Assembly: GCA_964540515.1 (NCBI GenBank)
Contig: CAZIMS010000003.1
Span: 10,010 to 74,009 of the forward strand
Reading direction: 5' to 3'
DNA: 64,000 nt
Source: an uncultured Pseudomonadota bacterium
Lineage (GTDB): Bacteria; CALINM01
The position numbers and the translations under genes were made by a program. A model generated the notes under the pieces. The model ran no database searches, was not told the origin of the DNA, and saw nothing but the letters and a program-made list of their open reading frames with translations. Each line of letters starts with the position of its first letter. Positions within the stretch are counted from its first letter, which is position 1. Positions 20,926 to 30,506 of the stretch are shown piece after piece.

Positions 20926-21288
20926 TTGGTGGAAGCAGCATTCTATATAAATCAGCTTTATACTGGATTTGAAAGGATGTTTAAACACATAGCAAAAGTT
21001 TTTGAGAATAATATTGAAGATGACTTCTGGCATAAATCGCTTCTTGAGAGAATGTCTATTGAGATTGAGTCTGTAAGGCCTGCTGTTATATCTAAAAAGT
21101 ATTTTGATTATTTGAATGAGCTTCGATCATTTCACCATTTTTTCAGACATGCTTATGACACAGATATAGACAGAGAAAAGTTCAACATAGTTATAAAAAT
21201 GACAAAACATTTAGAGAAAACGGGAAGAAAAGATTTAGAAAAATTTGTTATATTCCTTCAAAACTTAATCAAGAAAATAGAAGGATGA
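20926..21288 (+). CDS. HEPN / nucleotidyltransferase substrate-binding protein (HI0074-like), toxin-antitoxin partner of the MNT
   Basis: A 120-aa helical protein whose RSFHHFFRHAYDTD fits the R-x(4-6)-H-x-Y HEPN/HI0074 motif. It lies directly downstream of the MNT gene. Confidence 0.6.
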   Translation: MVEAAFYINQLYTGFERMFKHIAKVFENNIEDDFWHKSLLERMSIEIESVRPAVISKKYFDYLNELRSFHHFFRHAYDTDIDREKFNIVIKMTKHLEKTGRKDLEKFVIFLQNLIKKIEG

Positions 21289-21386
21289 TCTTTAATATAT
21301 TTACTAATTTTTTCATTATCTCTACATAGAAAAGGTTTAAGTTTATTTCTTTTTTTTGAGATTAAAATATCTTATAATAAAGCATT

Positions 21387-24002
21387 ATGAATGAGAGAAA
21401 GATTACTAATTATCTATTGTTAGTCTTTACACTATCGTCATTTATCTTAAGACTTATACCATGGAAATACACTATAATTGATGGTGGTAAATGGGTACTA
21501 TTTGTACAACCCGATGCCTATTACCATTTAAGAAGAGCAACTATTTGGGCACAGAATTTTCCTAAAATTTTTACTCTTGATTATTATATGGCATATCCAT
21601 TTGGTGCTGAGTGTCCTTGGCCGCCACTTTATGATTGGCTTATTGCTGTTGTGACGATTATTTTAGGAGGCGGAAAATATAATGTTAATATATTACAGAT
21701 TGTAACAGCATTATTCCCACCGATCTTAGCGGCATTATGTATTTATCCCGTTTATAAAGTTGTTTTTTTGATATGGAAAAGCAATAGAGTAGCTTTAATA
21801 GCTGCCTTTTTTGCTATCTTGATGCCAGGTATGCTTAGTTATTCAACCATAGCTTCTGGTGATCATCATATAGCAGAAACCTTGATAGGACTTTGTTTTT
21901 ATTATTATGCATTAAAAATTGTAGATGCTGCAGAGGATAAAGGGATATCTAATAAAGATGTTTCTTTAACTGCAATATTTATAATAATAGGACTGTTAGT
22001 ATGGCAAGGAGAGGTAGTTTTCTTTACAATTTTTGCTATTTATCTTTTTATCCTTTTTTTAAAAATGAGAAATAACTTTGAATTTATAAAAAAGGTCTCG
22101 AAGGCATTTTTGATATCCTCAATAATTAGTTCATCTTTTTTGGCATTAATAAGATTCATTATTCCAGGAGGAACTCATCTAAGTCTTTTTAATTTTGGTT
22201 ATTTTTCATACTTTCAACCCTTATACATGCTGTTTTTATATTTAGGAGTCTTTTTATTTGGAAGGTTAATATTCATTTATATGAAAAACAAAAAAATTTT
22301 TTTAATATCACTTTTAAGCACAGCTATTTTTATATTAACCACTTTAATTATTATCAAACCCTTAAGAGTTGGAGTTTGGGAAGGTATAAACTTCCTTTTC
22401 AAAACTGATCCATGGCATGCAAGTATAAATGAGTTTCAAAGTACCTTTACTTTGAATTTTCTAAAAAGTAGCTTAGAAAGCTTTGAAGGATGGACTAATA
22501 TTATTTATTTTTTATCATTTTTACTTCCTTTTACATATTCTGTATTTTTTATTTATAAATGGCTTAAAAATAAAAAAATAAGCTATCTATTTGTTACAGA
22601 ACTACAAATTAAACCATCAAAAAGTAATAACTTCATTATCAATAGTGAGCACTTTAAATATAATAACTCAGATATTTTGAAAAGATTTTTCGAAAAAAAT
22701 AAAAATAAAACTTTATTTTTTATTGTAGTCGCCATTGCTTTTTTTCTTTTAGCACTATATCAAAAGAGATGGACCAACTCTTATAGTCCAATTCTTGCTA
22801 TTGGGCTTAGTTTGTTTGCTAACAATATATATATAAGAGTTAAAAAAGGACATTTTTTAATAAGAGAGTTTTTTCATTGGAGGTCAAAAAAGCTTAAAGA
22901 TAGTCCTGGTCTATTAACAAGAATCATTTTTTTGTGGGAAAAATCGCCATTAATACTCTCTTTAATAATAATAATTCTTTTCTTATTCCCCTATTATATA
23001 ATAGCTCAAGGTATATTGTTAAGAAAAGGCTATCCCATAGAGTCAGATCTGTATAATAGCTTACAATGGATGAGATTATATACTCCAAAAACAAGCTATC
23101 TCTATAAACCAAATGAAAAACCAGAATATGGTGTACTCGCCACTTGGGATATGGGACACTTTATACAATACATAGCAGAAAGACCTGCAATCGTAAATAA
23201 TTTTGGTCATCAGCTACCGGGAGATGGCTTTAAAACATCTATATATGTATGGAGTTGTGATAGTGAAGATGAGCTCACATCTATTTTAGATAAATACCAG
23301 GTAAGATATTTAATCCTGTCAGATCCAATTGTTTACTTTAATGATAATGTTAAAGCTTATACAAAGGAAGGTTTTCTTGAAAAAGCAATACAGTTTGAAA
23401 AAATTCATTACAATATACAAGTACCAGTTCCTACAGAAGAGTTTTTTCGACTACCATTGGCAAATACATGGTTATTTGATGGGAGTGCGAACAATTATAA
23501 AAGTGCTACAAAAAGGCTAAGGTTAGTCTTTGAGTCTCAAAATCCAACACCTTTTCAGTATTTCGAAGGGTTAGAAACTAAAAAAATTAAGATATTTGAA
23601 TATGTTAAAGGTGTAAAGGTTAAAGGAAAAACAAAACCAAAAGATATTATATACATAAGTGCAGATTTTATTACTAATTTTGATAGAGGCTTTAGATGGG
23701 AAGCTGCAGCTATAGCTGATGAAAATGGTAACTTTACCGCCTATTTGCCCTACGCAACAGCAGAAGATAACCTTTTTGTTAAACCATTATCTCCCTATTA
23801 TTTTTATAGCTCCCAAAAAGAAATCAAAGTATATACAACTAATAGTGAGGTAGAAAATGGTGTCGAAAAAAGCGTTGATATGAATTCGGGTGAAAATATC
23901 CCAGAGTTTAAAAGGGATGAGATAAGACAAAAGCTAATTGGCTTAGCAGGTCAGGTAAGGTCTAAAAATTTTATGAAGTTACATAGGAAGATTAATGAAT
24001 AG
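21387..24002 (+). CDS. STT3/AglB/PglB-like oligosaccharyltransferase homolog (GT-C), 871 aa, divergent
   Basis: About 13 N-terminal transmembrane helices. The first loop has QPDAYYHLRRA...YYMAYPFGAECPWPPLYD, compared with Stt3 DPWFNYRA...WYPLGR...YPGLM. The motif ATWDMGHF sits where WWDYG lies in Stt3/PglB, followed by an approximately 300-aa C-terminal soluble domain. Confidence 0.55.
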   Translation: MNERKITNYLLLVFTLSSFILRLIPWKYTIIDGGKWVLFVQPDAYYHLRRATIWAQNFPKIFTLDYYMAYPFGAECPWPPLYDWLIAVVTIILGGGKYNVNILQIVTALFPPILAALCIYPVYKVVFLIWKSNRVALIAAFFAILMPGMLSYSTIASGDHHIAETLIGLCFYYYALKIVDAAEDKGISNKDVSLTAIFIIIGLLVWQGEVVFFTIFAIYLFILFLKMRNNFEFIKKVSKAFLISSIISSSFLALIRFIIPGGTHLSLFNFGYFSYFQPLYMLFLYLGVFLFGRLIFIYMKNKKIFLISLLSTAIFILTTLIIIKPLRVGVWEGINFLFKTDPWHASINEFQSTFTLNFLKSSLESFEGWTNIIYFLSFLLPFTYSVFFIYKWLKNKKISYLFVTELQIKPSKSNNFIINSEHFKYNNSDILKRFFEKNKNKTLFFIVVAIAFFLLALYQKRWTNSYSPILAIGLSLFANNIYIRVKKGHFLIREFFHWRSKKLKDSPGLLTRIIFLWEKSPLILSLIIIILFLFPYYIIAQGILLRKGYPIESDLYNSLQWMRLYTPKTSYLYKPNEKPEYGVLATWDMGHFIQYIAERPAIVNNFGHQLPGDGFKTSIYVWSCDSEDELTSILDKYQVRYLILSDPIVYFNDNVKAYTKEGFLEKAIQFEKIHYNIQVPVPTEEFFRLPLANTWLFDGSANNYKSATKRLRLVFESQNPTPFQYFEGLETKKIKIFEYVKGVKVKGKTKPKDIIYISADFITNFDRGFRWEAAAIADENGNFTAYLPYATAEDNLFVKPLSPYYFYSSQKEIKVYTTNSEVENGVEKSVDMNSGENIPEFKRDEIRQKLIGLAGQVRSKNFMKLHRKINE

Positions 24003-24684
24003 TAATTATAGGATATCCGTAGTTATTCCTGTGTATAATGAAAAGGATAATATTAAAAAGATAGTTGAAGAGGTATTAAAACAAAAGGTAGATGAGATTA
24101 TTATTATAGATGACTGTTCTAATGATGGCACAAGAGATGTTTTAAATAATATAGTTGATGATAATATTAAAAAGATATATCACGAAAAAAACATGGGGAA
24201 AGGAGCTGCTGTAAGAACAGGACTAAAAAGAGTTACTGGCGATATAATTATAATTCAAGATGCAGATCTCGAGTATGACCCTAATGAGTATATTAAGCTT
24301 CTTGAACCAATCTTTAAGGATAAGGCAGATGTTGTTTATGGTAGTAGATTTAAAGGTGTTACGAGGGTTTTTTATTTTTGGCATTATTTAGGCAATAAGT
24401 TTCTTACATTCATCTGCAATTTACTTTATAATACTACTTTGTCAGATATGGAGACCTGTTATAAGGTCTTTAAAAGAGAGTGTGTGACAGATTTAGAGCT
24501 TAAATCTAACGGCTGGGGTTTTGACCCAGAGATTACAGCTCATTTTCTAAAGAAAAAAAACATTCGAATTGTTGAGGTGCCCATATCCTATTATGGAAGG
24601 ACCTATGACGAGGGAAAAAAGATTAGGTGGAAGCATGGCATAGTAGTTTTATTTACTATATTTTGGTGTAAGTTTATAAAGTGA
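23995..24684 (+). CDS. GT2 glycosyltransferase, polyprenyl/dolichyl-phosphate sugar synthase (Dpm1-like)
   Basis: A 229-aa protein with ISVVIPVYNEKDNI...IIIIDDCSNDGT...IIIQDADLEYDP, the classic GT-A DxD fold of Dpm1/GtrB-like enzymes. Its start overlaps the stop of the OST-like gene. Confidence 0.8.
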   Translation: MNSNYRISVVIPVYNEKDNIKKIVEEVLKQKVDEIIIIDDCSNDGTRDVLNNIVDDNIKKIYHEKNMGKGAAVRTGLKRVTGDIIIIQDADLEYDPNEYIKLLEPIFKDKADVVYGSRFKGVTRVFYFWHYLGNKFLTFICNLLYNTTLSDMETCYKVFKRECVTDLELKSNGWGFDPEITAHFLKKKNIRIVEVPISYYGRTYDEGKKIRWKHGIVVLFTIFWCKFIK

Positions 24685-25745
24685 TGATTAGAAAGTTAAT
24701 ACTAATTTTTTTACTGCTTTTACCTCATATTTCTTATGCAAAAGAAGTAGAGCTTCTTAAATATAATACTATTAATGATATTGAAGAGATAAAAGCTGAT
24801 GAAGATACAGCCATTTTAATCCTATCGAGTAGATATTACATTGATGATCTAAGAAAGTTAGTTGGCGATAGGGGATATATTTACTGGGTTCTGCCTTTTT
24901 CTCAAGTAGAAGAAAAAGATTTGCTTGCATTTAGACATCTTGCCGAGACTTTAGGCAGGCATGTTAAAATAAACTTCACATCTGAAGGAGCCTATGTAGA
25001 AGAAGAAGGATGGTTAGATTACAAAATTATTTCTTATTTAGATCTTAACAAAGTTGTTTATGAGAAGATTGTAATATTGTTAGATGTTGATTTTTTCTTT
25101 AGACTTTATATTAATAGTATTTCAAAGGTTAACAATGAGAAAACCTTAGAGATAATGAAGTTTTACCGCAGCATTGAAAGTTATGAGCTTAATGTAAATC
25201 AGATATATTTAATATTAAGTAGAGATATTAATCTCCCTGAATGGGCTGAGGAGTTTGGTTATCTTATAGAAAAGATTTATCATTATTGGAAGAAAAAAGA
25301 GTTCCCAACAAGTTACGTTTTATTGGATGAGGTGGGCAAATATATAGTTTTTGCACAGTATGAAGAAGCCTATGAAATATTATTAGATGTGTTTCCAGAA
25401 CAGTCAGAAAATCCCTATTTTTATGAAAAAATGCTTTTTATAAGTTCAAAATTACGTGCCTTTAACGATATGTTAAAAGCTTTTGAGGAAGGATACAAAA
25501 GAAATAGTGCTATTATTTTTTTAGTGCCTGATATTGCAAAAGAATTATTGCAAAAGAGAGAGTTTTATCCTTCCTATCTATTAGTTAAAAGTGCCTATGA
25601 AAAGGAGATTTGGAATAAAGAGATAAAAAAGTTACTTGAAGATATTATTTTAGAAGGCTATAAATTCTATAATATGTTAAATGAAGATAGTGAGCTTTTT
25701 GAGTTTTTTAAGTCTGAATTGGAAAAGTTAAAAAGTAAGAAGTAG
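24681..25745 (+). CDS. Secreted hypothetical protein (354 aa)
   Basis: Signal peptide MMIRKLILIFLLLLPHISYA. No recognisable domain. Translationally coupled to the GT2 gene (ATGA overlap). Confidence 0.5.
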   Translation: MMIRKLILIFLLLLPHISYAKEVELLKYNTINDIEEIKADEDTAILILSSRYYIDDLRKLVGDRGYIYWVLPFSQVEEKDLLAFRHLAETLGRHVKINFTSEGAYVEEEGWLDYKIISYLDLNKVVYEKIVILLDVDFFFRLYINSISKVNNEKTLEIMKFYRSIESYELNVNQIYLILSRDINLPEWAEEFGYLIEKIYHYWKKKEFPTSYVLLDEVGKYIVFAQYEEAYEILLDVFPEQSENPYFYEKMLFISSKLRAFNDMLKAFEEGYKRNSAIIFLVPDIAKELLQKREFYPSYLLVKSAYEKEIWNKEIKKLLEDIILEGYKFYNMLNEDSELFEFFKSELEKLKSKK

Positions 25746-25764
25746 GGTTTACTGGGAGGTCATT

Positions 25765-27909
25765 ATGTATAGAATAGCCCTTATTGCTTTATCTTTCCTG
25801 TTTATTTTCTCTTGTGCAGGACCAAAGTTTATGAATAAATATGAGATAGAGTATGACGATAACTTTAAAGAATATGTTCTCTATCTTCATGGTGATTACA
25901 AAAATTGTAATAATGTAAAAATCGAGGTGTCCAAAGATGGTAAAAAGCTATTTCAGCAGGAATTATCTGGGAAAGTATCAGATTTTGCGGTAAATATACC
26001 TATAAAAAATCTTGATCTCGGTGAAAATATAGCAACGATTCTTTGTGATGAAAAAAAAGAAGATATTTCCATATCTATTTGGAATTTTAGAAATCCTATC
26101 TTGAGATATGTCTTTTCTCATAACTACAATGACAGTTTGGTTACACCAGAAGTAGAAGAGTTGATGGAAACAGATTTGTTTTTAAATGAGTTTAGAGAAT
26201 TTATACTTAAATCGGAAAAAAATTTTGTTAAAGCATCACCACTTATTGAGTTTTTAGATTATAAAAATAAATCAAAAATTCTTGATGAAGCAGCAAAAAA
26301 AAATTATGCCAGTAAAGAGAGTATGCTGGTTTTTTATGAGTATTTAAAAGGGCTTCTTTTTGACGATAGCTGTTTTAACGTAATAGATACATTGTTTAGC
26401 AGAAAAGACTATTATACAGATATGGAAGTTTTTAACATCCTTATGAGTAGACCTGAAAAAAGGATTTATGATAGATATTTTAATTTCTTTTTAAAAGAGC
26501 CCCATCTAAAGACTGCAATTTTAGAACATTTAATTGCTGATAGGGAATCACAGTTTTTTTTCGAGGCACTCATCTATTTTAAAGATAGAATTAGAAAAGA
26601 AGGATTAAAAGATCCCTTTGTGCTTAAATTTGCTAAAAATTACTTTGCCTATAATAGCCAAGAGTTACCTTTTATTATAGAAATGATGAAAGGTCAGTTT
26701 TATAAAGATGGCATTTTACTTTTGGATATAAATGATTTATATGAAGATAGTGGGAAAGAGGTTTTCAAGCATTATAAAGATTTTAATAAAGTAACAAAAA
26801 TTTATGTTTTAAAAAGACTTTTGCCTATTATTGGGGAAGACGAGGCTATTTTTACTACCGTAATTGAAGAAAGAGATAAAGATTTTATAGCAATACAATT
26901 AGAATATATATCAGCTTTTCCAAATAGGTATGATGATAAAACCTGGAGCTTTATTAAAAAATTAGTTGATGAAAATTATATAAAACTAGAAGTTTATAAT
27001 TATCTTCTAAACGCACCTTTAGAAATGAAAAAATATGGGTTTAGAAAAATTTATGAACAAAAAGGAAATCTTGAAAATTTAGTGAATCTTAAAGGTGTAG
27101 ATGATGAATATTATGAGAATGAACTTGTTAAAATTGCAAAAAAAACAAGAAAAAAAGATGCAGTAATGCTATTAGCTCATTTTAAAGAAAAATATTTAGA
27201 TTTTCTTATTGAAGTATACAAAGATGAGAAAAATGTAAACGACAGGGCAGATTTATTAGAAATGATAGCAGGATTGGGTACAAGGGGATATGATTTTGCT
27301 TTAAATGAAGTTCTTATTAAACCCTATAAGTTAGAATATGCAAAGGTATTGACAACATTAACACTAACGGCTAATGAGGAAAACTTAAAAAAGATTTTAG
27401 AAGATATAATGGGTTATCCAAAAGAATATTTCATTGAAGTAACTATAGGTCTTGAAAATGATAAAAAAAGGATAGACTGTGATAAGATTTTGCCTCAATG
27501 GTTTTATAACAAAAAAGATGAAGAAGAGATTATTAGAGTTGGATGGGTTTGGGCATATTGTTGTCCCCAAAGCTATTTAGACTATATTAAACTTGTTGAA
27601 GAAAGATATGGGAAAAATGAGAAGATTGTTAATGAGACCTTGGATGGCCTGATAGACATTATGAGTATCTTTAAGATAGATTATAAAGAGTTTACCAAAA
27701 ATTATGCTAAAAGCTACTTTGAGAGATTTCCTAATAAATATACCAAACTGAAGGTAGCAGAAATTTTAGGTGAGGTAGGAAGTAAGGAAGATATAAGCTA
27801 TTTCCATAGGTTAATTGAGGGCGAAGATGATACCGATTATATTGATATGATTATATATTTTAAAGAGATATTAAAGAACAGATATAATATTGTTGATGAA
27901 ACTAAATAA
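25765..27909 (+). CDS. Lipoprotein, 714 aa, helical-repeat rich, unknown function
   Basis: Lipobox LFIFSCAG after an N-terminal signal sequence, with a GGAGG ribosome-binding site. No catalytic motif recognised. Confidence 0.5.
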   Translation: MYRIALIALSFLFIFSCAGPKFMNKYEIEYDDNFKEYVLYLHGDYKNCNNVKIEVSKDGKKLFQQELSGKVSDFAVNIPIKNLDLGENIATILCDEKKEDISISIWNFRNPILRYVFSHNYNDSLVTPEVEELMETDLFLNEFREFILKSEKNFVKASPLIEFLDYKNKSKILDEAAKKNYASKESMLVFYEYLKGLLFDDSCFNVIDTLFSRKDYYTDMEVFNILMSRPEKRIYDRYFNFFLKEPHLKTAILEHLIADRESQFFFEALIYFKDRIRKEGLKDPFVLKFAKNYFAYNSQELPFIIEMMKGQFYKDGILLLDINDLYEDSGKEVFKHYKDFNKVTKIYVLKRLLPIIGEDEAIFTTVIEERDKDFIAIQLEYISAFPNRYDDKTWSFIKKLVDENYIKLEVYNYLLNAPLEMKKYGFRKIYEQKGNLENLVNLKGVDDEYYENELVKIAKKTRKKDAVMLLAHFKEKYLDFLIEVYKDEKNVNDRADLLEMIAGLGTRGYDFALNEVLIKPYKLEYAKVLTTLTLTANEENLKKILEDIMGYPKEYFIEVTIGLENDKKRIDCDKILPQWFYNKKDEEEIIRVGWVWAYCCPQSYLDYIKLVEERYGKNEKIVNETLDGLIDIMSIFKIDYKEFTKNYAKSYFERFPNKYTKLKVAEILGEVGSKEDISYFHRLIEGEDDTDYIDMIIYFKEILKNRYNIVDETK

Positions 27910-28822
27910 AATTTTAATTATCTTTCTTCTTTTTTTTAATGTAAAAATTGTTTTTGCACTAAAGATAGAGCCAGATTTCATCAAGATTGGAGAAATATTA
28001 AAAGAAACGGAATACACTTTTAATATTAAAGTTTTTAATAATAGCAATGAGCCAATAGAGATCTTAGGGGTTATAAATCAATGTGGCTTAAATTTTAATC
28101 TTGAGAGGAAATATCTGTCTCCCCTGAAAGCTATATATGGCGAATTAAGATTCAACTCGGGCACTAACCCCGGCAGATTTATTGAATCTGTGAAGATAGT
28201 ATATAAAGAGAAAGACACAATTAAACAAAAAACACTTACTGTTAGCTGGTTCAATAAAGTTGAGTTTTATAGCAAACTTTTTATTTTGGATAAGAAAATT
28301 GATTTAGGTGAAATAAAACAAAATAGAAGCAAAAAATTTTTCATAGAAGTTGTTAATGCTGGTAATAGCGAGGGGGAGATTTTATTTCATGCCCTTGATG
28401 AAGGTTTGACTACAAATGTTAGAGAGAAGATACCCCCCAAATCTAATAAATTTTTGGAACTTAAGCTTGATGCTAAAACAGAAGTTATAAAAAAAAGATT
28501 AAGCTATGAGAAGCTTGATGTAAGAGGGGGTAGTGGTTTTGTAGAAATATTTGGAAGACCTTCTCAAATTTATTCTATTAGTATTGATAATCCTGTAAAA
28601 AAAGACCAGACCTATGAGTTAAGTTTGATAATGAATAATGTAAATAGTTTAGGGCAGTTATTAGAAGTTAGAGATGTTCATGGAAATAAATACGCTTTTG
28701 ATAGATCAGCGATTTTTAGAGGGGATAACATTATCAAGGTGTTTGTGCCAGAAAAAAATATTGATATTGTAGTTAAAAATGGAATTGTTTTGACTGTTAA
28801 GTTTCTACTTAATGATGAATAA
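27890..28822 (+). CDS. Secreted protein with two DUF1573-like (Ig-like) repeats
   Basis: Signal peptide. Repeats IKIGEILKETEYTFNIKVFNNSNEPIEILGVINQCG and IDLGEIKQNRSKKFFIEVVNAGNSEGEILF resemble the DUF1573 consensus (DFG.i..g....F...N.G..pL.I). Confidence 0.35.
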   Translation: MLMKLNKILIIFLLFFNVKIVFALKIEPDFIKIGEILKETEYTFNIKVFNNSNEPIEILGVINQCGLNFNLERKYLSPLKAIYGELRFNSGTNPGRFIESVKIVYKEKDTIKQKTLTVSWFNKVEFYSKLFILDKKIDLGEIKQNRSKKFFIEVVNAGNSEGEILFHALDEGLTTNVREKIPPKSNKFLELKLDAKTEVIKKRLSYEKLDVRGGSGFVEIFGRPSQIYSISIDNPVKKDQTYELSLIMNNVNSLGQLLEVRDVHGNKYAFDRSAIFRGDNIIKVFVPEKNIDIVVKNGIVLTVKFLLNDE

Positions 28823-30500
28823 TAACTTAAAGAAGCACTACTTTTACCTGTACATCTCAGTAATTATTTTTATGTCCCTTATAATTTATGGAAAAACAGT
28901 ATTTTTTTCCTTTGTTACCGATGATTGGATGAATATTTTTGACAATAGTTTGTATTTTTCTTTGGAAGATATTAAAAGGATCTTTACTTCTACTCAGATT
29001 AATTATAGAGACGAAAGTTATTATAGGCCCTTAGATACAATCTATTTCCTAATCACATTTAATCTTTTTAATGACAATCCCTTTTATTACCATATCCTTA
29101 ATATATTTTTTTTTATATTTTTCCTTATTTTATTTTATTGCTATTGCTTAAAAAAGTTTTCTGATAGAAACTTAGCTTTAATTTTAATATTACTTTTTTT
29201 GTCTCATCCTATAAATGTAGAAACTGTTTCATGGATTTCAGCAAGAAATCAGATTTTAATAGGCATTTTTTTTGTCTTGGCGATAACTTTTTCTGAAAAA
29301 ATTTTTGAGAAAGGCAACATTAATATTTTTCTAATTTTAATTTCTGGTGTTATGGCCTCTCTAATACACGAGATAGGGTTAATGGTATTTCCATTGGTAA
29401 TTTTTTTGGTTTTTAATCAATCAGTAAATATAAATGTAGCAAAAATTAAAAAAAAACAAATAATTTTGTTATTTTCTTTTTCTATTATTGTAATTTTATA
29501 TTTGTATGTAAGAAGTTTTTTGGGAATTACTTTAAAAATTGAACATAGTTTATATGAGAGATTATTAACGTCTTTTATTATTTTTAAAAAAACAATTTTT
29601 AATCTTGTCTTCCCCTTTAATCTCAAACTCTATTATCATGAGTTAGTGGTCAAGAAATCAATGGATTTAGAAGTAATGAGTTCAATATTAATTTTTGTGT
29701 GTTTTTTAACTGTTACTACCTTTATTGCTTTGAAAAATCCTATTGCAAGAGTTGGTTATTTCTTCTTTTGGCTAACATACGTACCTTTTTCAGGAGTTTT
29801 CAAGTTAATTGATAGGTCTTTTATATCTGACAGATATCTTTTTTTGCCCTTATGTGGAATACTGATAATGTTTTTTGCGGTTGCAAAAAAAAATTTATCT
29901 AACTATTCTAAATACCTTTATTTAGTATCTTTTTTTGTTATTATAATTTTTTCCATTATAAGTTTTAATAGAGTGGATATCTGGAAAAATGACTTAGAAA
30001 ACGCAAAAGAGCTCGTGAGAGAATATCCTGAAGAAGACAGTTATAGAAATAACCTTGCGATACTCTATTTAAACAATGGTGATTTGGATGCTGCAGAAAA
30101 GGAGTTTTTAGAAGCAATGAAAATAGCCAAATACCAAAAAGATTATTTAGTCGCTACAGAGGCTTTTATCAGTATTATAAAAGGCAATAGGGAGGAGGCT
30201 AAAAAAATTTATTTGAATTACTTAAATACAAATAAGTATAACATGAAAATTAATTATAACTTAGGGGTACTTTTTTTAGAAGAAGGTGATAGAGAAAAGG
30301 CAAAATATCATCTTGAACTTGCAAAGAAAGTAGCAAAAAAATACTTAAGAGAATATCCAGACATTTTGAATAATTTAGGAGTTATCGAATTTATTAGTGG
30401 AAATAATAAAAATGCAGAAAGTTATTTTCTCGAAGGATTAAAAATTAGACCCTATGACAAAAGGCTATTGCAAAATATAGAAAAAATAAGAAAAGATTAG
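28812..30500 (+). CDS. TMTC/DUF1736-like GT-C glycosyltransferase: N-terminal multi-TM domain plus C-terminal TPR repeats (paralog 1)
   Basis: Motifs FSFVTDDW (DD in the first loop), YYRPL, SARNQ and ISDRYLFLP, then TPR repeats (NNLAILYLNNGDLDAAEKEF...). This is the architecture of TMTC-type O-mannosyltransferase-like proteins. Confidence 0.65.
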   Translation: MMNNNLKKHYFYLYISVIIFMSLIIYGKTVFFSFVTDDWMNIFDNSLYFSLEDIKRIFTSTQINYRDESYYRPLDTIYFLITFNLFNDNPFYYHILNIFFFIFFLILFYCYCLKKFSDRNLALILILLFLSHPINVETVSWISARNQILIGIFFVLAITFSEKIFEKGNINIFLILISGVMASLIHEIGLMVFPLVIFLVFNQSVNINVAKIKKKQIILLFSFSIIVILYLYVRSFLGITLKIEHSLYERLLTSFIIFKKTIFNLVFPFNLKLYYHELVVKKSMDLEVMSSILIFVCFLTVTTFIALKNPIARVGYFFFWLTYVPFSGVFKLIDRSFISDRYLFLPLCGILIMFFAVAKKNLSNYSKYLYLVSFFVIIIFSIISFNRVDIWKNDLENAKELVREYPEEDSYRNNLAILYLNNGDLDAAEKEFLEAMKIAKYQKDYLVATEAFISIIKGNREEAKKIYLNYLNTNKYNMKINYNLGVLFLEEGDREKAKYHLELAKKVAKKYLREYPDILNNLGVIEFISGNNKNAESYFLEGLKIRPYDKRLLQNIEKIRKD

Positions 30501-30506
30501 GGTTAT

